Under the pieces are notes generated by a model. That model had not been told where the DNA came from, did no database searches, and was given only the letters and a program-made list of their open reading frames with translations. From assembly GCA_045547015.1 (NCBI GenBank), contig JAZQDY010000212.1, positions 1-34,147 of the forward strand: DNA of 34,147 nt, read 5' to 3'. Positions 31,070 through 34,147 of this stretch are shown piece by piece. The stretch is from Eubacteriales bacterium (GTDB taxonomy: Bacteria; Bacillota; Clostridia; Oscillospirales; CAG-272). Every line of letters starts with the position of its first letter. Within the stretch, counting starts at the first letter, position 1. The position numbers and the translations under genes were made by a program.

Positions 31070-31453
31070 ATGGAAATCTTTGCAAAAAGGCTGCGGGAAT
31101 TGCGGGAAGAGCGTGGAATAACTAAACAGAAGTTGGGTGAGGAAATCGGAACGTCCGGCGTGAGTATCGGATACTATGAACGCGGTGAGCGCGTTCCGGA
31201 TATCGATGTTCTTGCAAAACTTGCGGAATTGTTTGAAGTAACCAGCGATTACCTCATTGGGATTACGGATTACCGCGAGAACAAGGATATGTCGGTGCAA
31301 CTAAGAATCGCCGAAGCAATGCGTGGGGCTCTCTGTACCCGGCGGCATGTTTTGGGACTCGGAAGCGTTATTGAGGTAACGGAAGAACTGTGGCTGAAAA
31401 TTGCGGATGCAGTGGAAGGAAAGTGTGGAGCATGGCAAGAGAAATGGAACTGA
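31070..31453 (+). CDS. XRE-family HTH regulator (second one in the element)
   Basis: MEIFAKRLRELREERGITKQKLGEEIGTSGVSIGYYERGERVPDIDVLAKLAELFEVTSDYLIG. Confidence 0.8.
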   Translation: MEIFAKRLRELREERGITKQKLGEEIGTSGVSIGYYERGERVPDIDVLAKLAELFEVTSDYLIGITDYRENKDMSVQLRIAEAMRGALCTRRHVLGLGSVIEVTEELWLKIADAVEGKCGAWQEKWN

Positions 31454-32004
31454 TCGATGCGGTGCCGCTTGCGGAAACGATTCGGTCACTTACGGTGTTC
31501 GTGTCCGGCAGACCGGCAACACAGGAAGAATACCGGGAAGCGGTACTGAAGATCATCGACGAACAGGCACGGCTGCGTGTGAAGATCGCACCGGAGAAGA
31601 AAGCTAAAAGTGCGAAACCGGAGGAGGTTTCTGTATTTGCTCAGATTGTGGGCATGTATCACGAGATGTGCCCGGAGCTTCCCAAGGTGACGGCGATCAC
31701 GGCGGCACGGGAAAGTGCACTTCGGGCACGGATGCAGGATATCGAGGAGAAGAACCCCGGGCAAATCTTCAGCACATTCGGTGAACTGTTTGCACGCGTG
31801 CAGGGATCCTCTTTTCTGCGTGGCGAGAACAAGCGTGGATGGCGTGCGAATTTCGACTGGCTCATGAATCCGCAGAATTTCGCAAAGGTGATGGGCGGTA
31901 CCTACGACGACCGCAAGCCGGCGGGTGAAAAACCGGCGGGCAGTTTTGAAACGGATGATTTTTTTGAAGCGGCACTCAATGCGTCGTATGGAGGAAACGT
32001 ATGA
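31432..32004 (+). CDS. phage replication-module protein of uncertain function; start uncertain (31390, 31432 or 31444)
   Basis: The C-terminal block SSFLRGENKRGWRANFDWLMNPQNFAKVMGGTYDD resembles the conserved C-termini of DnaD/replisome-organiser-associated phage proteins as I remember them. I did not verify this. Confidence 0.45.
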   Translation: MAREMELIDAVPLAETIRSLTVFVSGRPATQEEYREAVLKIIDEQARLRVKIAPEKKAKSAKPEEVSVFAQIVGMYHEMCPELPKVTAITAARESALRARMQDIEEKNPGQIFSTFGELFARVQGSSFLRGENKRGWRANFDWLMNPQNFAKVMGGTYDDRKPAGEKPAGSFETDDFFEAALNASYGGNV

Positions 32005-32612
32005 AACTGTCTAAACTGTCGCAGATCGTGAAACGGTTCACGTATCTGCAGATATTCACGCACGGCGGCGTACAGTGGATCAGCGTAGGCGGTGCGGCGT
32101 ATCCCATGTACTGCGTGCCCACGATCACCGGCGCAGAGCAGCTGCTGGCGATGATGGACGTTCCGGCAGATAAGCGTGAGGCGTATACCGTTGATTTCAT
32201 CGAGGATCCCGGCAGTGTATTCGATGATCTGGATTCGGATGACACGATGCTCACGGATTCGCTGATGCTTTGCCAGTGGAGAGGGCGGCTTCTTCTGCCT
32301 TTGTTCGCGGAGGACAGGCGTACATACTGGATCAATGAGCGGTATATGCATCCGATCGCACAGGCGGAAGAAATATCCTTTGCACTCCGATGTGTGGGAG
32401 AGGGAATGTATGCCGTCGCCGTTTTTGACGGCATGAGCATCTGTGCCGTGATTGGTGTGCACATTGTGCATCCGGAAGTGACAGATATGCTTGCCGATGC
32501 ACTGGAGGGTGACAGGCGAGCAAAAAACTATGGGTACCGCATCAGCGAGGATATGGTAGAACGGCTGCATGGGTACCAGATCCCGGTGACGGGAATCGTA
32601 AATGAGTCGTAA
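32001..32612 (+). CDS. hypothetical protein (203 aa)
   Basis: The start overlaps the upstream stop. Composition looks coding. I recognise no family. Confidence 0.55.
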   Translation: MKLSKLSQIVKRFTYLQIFTHGGVQWISVGGAAYPMYCVPTITGAEQLLAMMDVPADKREAYTVDFIEDPGSVFDDLDSDDTMLTDSLMLCQWRGRLLLPLFAEDRRTYWINERYMHPIAQAEEISFALRCVGEGMYAVAVFDGMSICAVIGVHIVHPEVTDMLADALEGDRRAKNYGYRISEDMVERLHGYQIPVTGIVNES

Positions 32613-32624
32613 AAATAGGGAGAG

Positions 32625-32655
32625 TCCGCACGGATAAAAACGTCCGTGCGGATTT
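32625..32655 (+). terminator. 10-bp hairpin (weak terminator or regulatory stem) before the Rep-like gene
   Basis: TCCGCACGGA pairs with TCCGTGCGGA around loop TAAAAACG, followed only by TTTGG. Confidence 0.4.
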
Positions 32656-32676
32656 GGAACATAAAGTGAGGGATAT

Positions 32677-33411
32677 ATGAAACGGGTAAAAAGACGGATA
32701 TTTTCCGGCACCGTCTGTGAGCAGATCGTACATAACGTATCCGATCGGGCGGATGTGAAGAAGGCAAAACCGCGGATTCGGTTCAAGGACGAAGCGGATC
32801 GTGCGGCACACCGGGACATGATCGCTCGGAAAAGAAATGCACGTCTAATCAATGCGAACTACGGTCCGTCCTCCTTATACAGCACTCTTACGTTTGATGA
32901 TGAACACGAACTGCATTATTTCAGTGATGCGAAGCGTATCCGGACACGATGGAGAAAAAAGCTGCAGAAGGAATACCCGAGTGCAAAGATATATATCGTG
33001 ATGGGGCGCGGAAAGAGTACGAGCCGGATCCATTTCCATATGATTTCCGATGGGATCCCGGCTTCGGTGATCCGGCAGTTGTGGGAATACGGAGACGTCG
33101 TCGAATGCAAGCCGCTCCGGAAACACAACCGATACAACGGGGTGGATCATGGAACGGATTACACAGGCCTTGCAAACTATCTCTTTGATCACTGGACGGA
33201 GGAACAGGGCGGCCACCGTTATATGGCTACCAAAAACCACGTGAAGCCGGAGGCGGAAGCTCCGGTGGAAGTGAAGAGAGAATACACGGAAGAACATGCG
33301 CCTGCCGCGCCCAAGGGATACAAACTGGTGGAAGCGAAAGCGACGCCATTCGGATATATCTATTATAAGTACATACTTGATCCTGACGTAGATTTAGATT
33401 CAATAGAATAA
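32677..33411 (+). CDS. HUH-motif protein, possible rolling-circle Rep or relaxase-like endonuclease
   Basis: Three motifs appear in the order expected for HUH endonucleases: YSTLTFDDE (motif I-like), RIHFHMISD (HUH), and DYTGLANYLFDH (Tyr motif III-like). The call rests on motifs only. Confidence 0.5.
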   Translation: MKRVKRRIFSGTVCEQIVHNVSDRADVKKAKPRIRFKDEADRAAHRDMIARKRNARLINANYGPSSLYSTLTFDDEHELHYFSDAKRIRTRWRKKLQKEYPSAKIYIVMGRGKSTSRIHFHMISDGIPASVIRQLWEYGDVVECKPLRKHNRYNGVDHGTDYTGLANYLFDHWTEEQGGHRYMATKNHVKPEAEAPVEVKREYTEEHAPAAPKGYKLVEAKATPFGYIYYKYILDPDVDLDSIE

Positions 33412-33640
33412 TGGAAAAGAACACGGCATCCGGGAGGGTGCCGTGGTAATCCTCGTAAATGTGTAACGTTTTGGTATTGCCGGACGTCCGGGAGGCGGAT
33501 TTCTGCCGGTGCGGCGACGTTCGATGAAGCACAGAGACATCGATCGGAGACGCACAAGTGCACACGGAACGGGGAGGGAAAGCAACACGGCAGCAATGGC
33601 GTGCATTTGGTCGTACAAAAGGCAAAAAAGGAGTGAGTGA

Positions 33641-34003
33641 ATGGAAAAGGTGACAAGGCGTGATCTGGAGAACTATGCGGGTGTAGTGAAAGAGCTGGAG
33701 GACGTTCGGCGGCGTCGGTCCGCAGCGGAAGCGAAGGCTAAGCAATCGGCCCGGCCGGAGGATGCGGAGAGGGCGTGCCGGGAGGCTGCATTGTTCGATG
33801 CGGTGGCGGACTGGCTGGAGGAAGAACGCCTGCGGATCGAAAGTGCACTCACATCGGTGACAGATTCACGTGCGAGAGAGGCCATGCGTATGCGATACTA
33901 CGACGGAAAGAGCGATGTGGAGATCGGCGTGCGTCTGCACTATTCGGACAGATCCGTGCGGCGTCTGATCGACAATGCAATAATGGTGCTTGAGAAGGGG
34001 TGA
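33641..34003 (+). CDS. sigma-70 region-4-like / phage late transcriptional activator-like protein
   Basis: The C-terminus AREAMRMRYYDGKSDVEIGVRLHYSDRSVRRLIDNAIMVL is a region-4-type HTH. Its position is typical of the gene preceding packaging genes. Confidence 0.65.
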   Translation: MEKVTRRDLENYAGVVKELEDVRRRRSAAEAKAKQSARPEDAERACREAALFDAVADWLEEERLRIESALTSVTDSRAREAMRMRYYDGKSDVEIGVRLHYSDRSVRRLIDNAIMVLEKG

Positions 34004-34121
34004 GCGGAATGCTCGCTCCTTTTTTCATTTGCCGAAAAGTTGGCCAACTTTGTCCGGATTTTTCTGCTACACTTTAGGCAAGGGCGGAAATAAATAGCCG
34101 TCGGTTGGTTGGGGAGGGAGA

Positions 34122-34147
34122 ATGCAGGCACGGTATTCGAAGGGATG
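34122..34147 (+). CDS. possible start of the next gene (partial, runs off the window)
   Basis: GGAGG lies 4 nt upstream of the ATG at 34122. Only 8 codons are visible (MQARYSKG). Confidence 0.25.

Larger units (their letters stand above)
17707..34147. mobile_element. integrated temperate phage or phage-like element (left arm only), inserted next to tRNA-Val; continues past the right edge
   Basis: A tyrosine integrase abuts the tRNA. The region also holds a CI/Cro switch, SSB, replication-type genes and a late-regulator-like gene. Operons are tightly overlapping and composition is mosaic. The exact left boundary is unknown because the att core may overlap the tRNA 3' end. The right end is not in the window. 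Confidence 0.8.

Noticed and set aside
17707-34147. A search for attR, meaning a second copy of the tRNA-Val 3' end or of the 12-mer junction repeat inside the window.
   Set aside because: I saw no second copy by eye. The element clearly continues past 34147, since no packaging, structural or lysis genes have appeared yet. The right boundary therefore cannot be called from this window.

Overview
The window joins a conserved chromosomal segment (1-17.7 kb) to the left arm of an integrated temperate phage or phage-like element (17.7-34.1 kb, running off the right edge). Gene content (SpoIIIE/FtsK, an SLH-anchored GH25 lysozyme, split TauE genes) suggests a moderately GC-rich Firmicute, probably Clostridia.

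Chromosomal genes:
- pnp (partial) and rpsO
- two half-size TauE/SafE genes
- ftsK/spoIIIE
- a thymidylate-kinase-like gene
- a DJ-1/PfpI gene
- 5-formyl-THF cyclo-ligase
- a CPBP protease
- mltG with a long disordered N-terminus
- an XRE-membrane regulator and a PAP2-like protein, in a visibly AT-richer patch
- an SLH-GH25 muramidase
- trmO/tsaA
- a MATE exporter and an EamA/DMT transporter
- tRNA-Val(GAC) with a consensus promoter

The mobile element starts directly after the tRNA.
- It opens with a tyrosine integrase.
- An AT-rich accessory island follows. It holds a three-gene Gp49/HigB-like toxin, XRE antitoxin and SecB-like chaperone (TAC-type) module.
- Convergent to that module is a 598-aa membrane-anchored protein (coiled coil, SWIM, Mrr-like nuclease). 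Its GTG start lies 7 nt after the stop of the CI/LexA-like repressor, so it sits in the rexAB-like position.
- Next is a divergent CI/Cro switch with three GTGAAT-N3-ATTCAC operators.
- Between cro and the rightward early genes lies a roughly 1-kb leftward-transcribed island built from three copies of a terminator-promoter cassette. It encodes a 99-aa protein, a 27-aa hydrophobic peptide, and an ORF-less RNA of about 147 nt. The 5' end of that RNA is complementary to the peptide's SD and start region, which resembles a type I toxin-antitoxin.
- The early/replication module contains PcfK-like (AcrIIA9 family), PcfJ-like, DUF3102, DUF3850/ASCH, SSB, a second XRE regulator, an HUH-motif Rep-like protein and a sigma-70 region-4-like late regulator.

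All family assignments come from motif recognition by eye. No database search or alignment was run.
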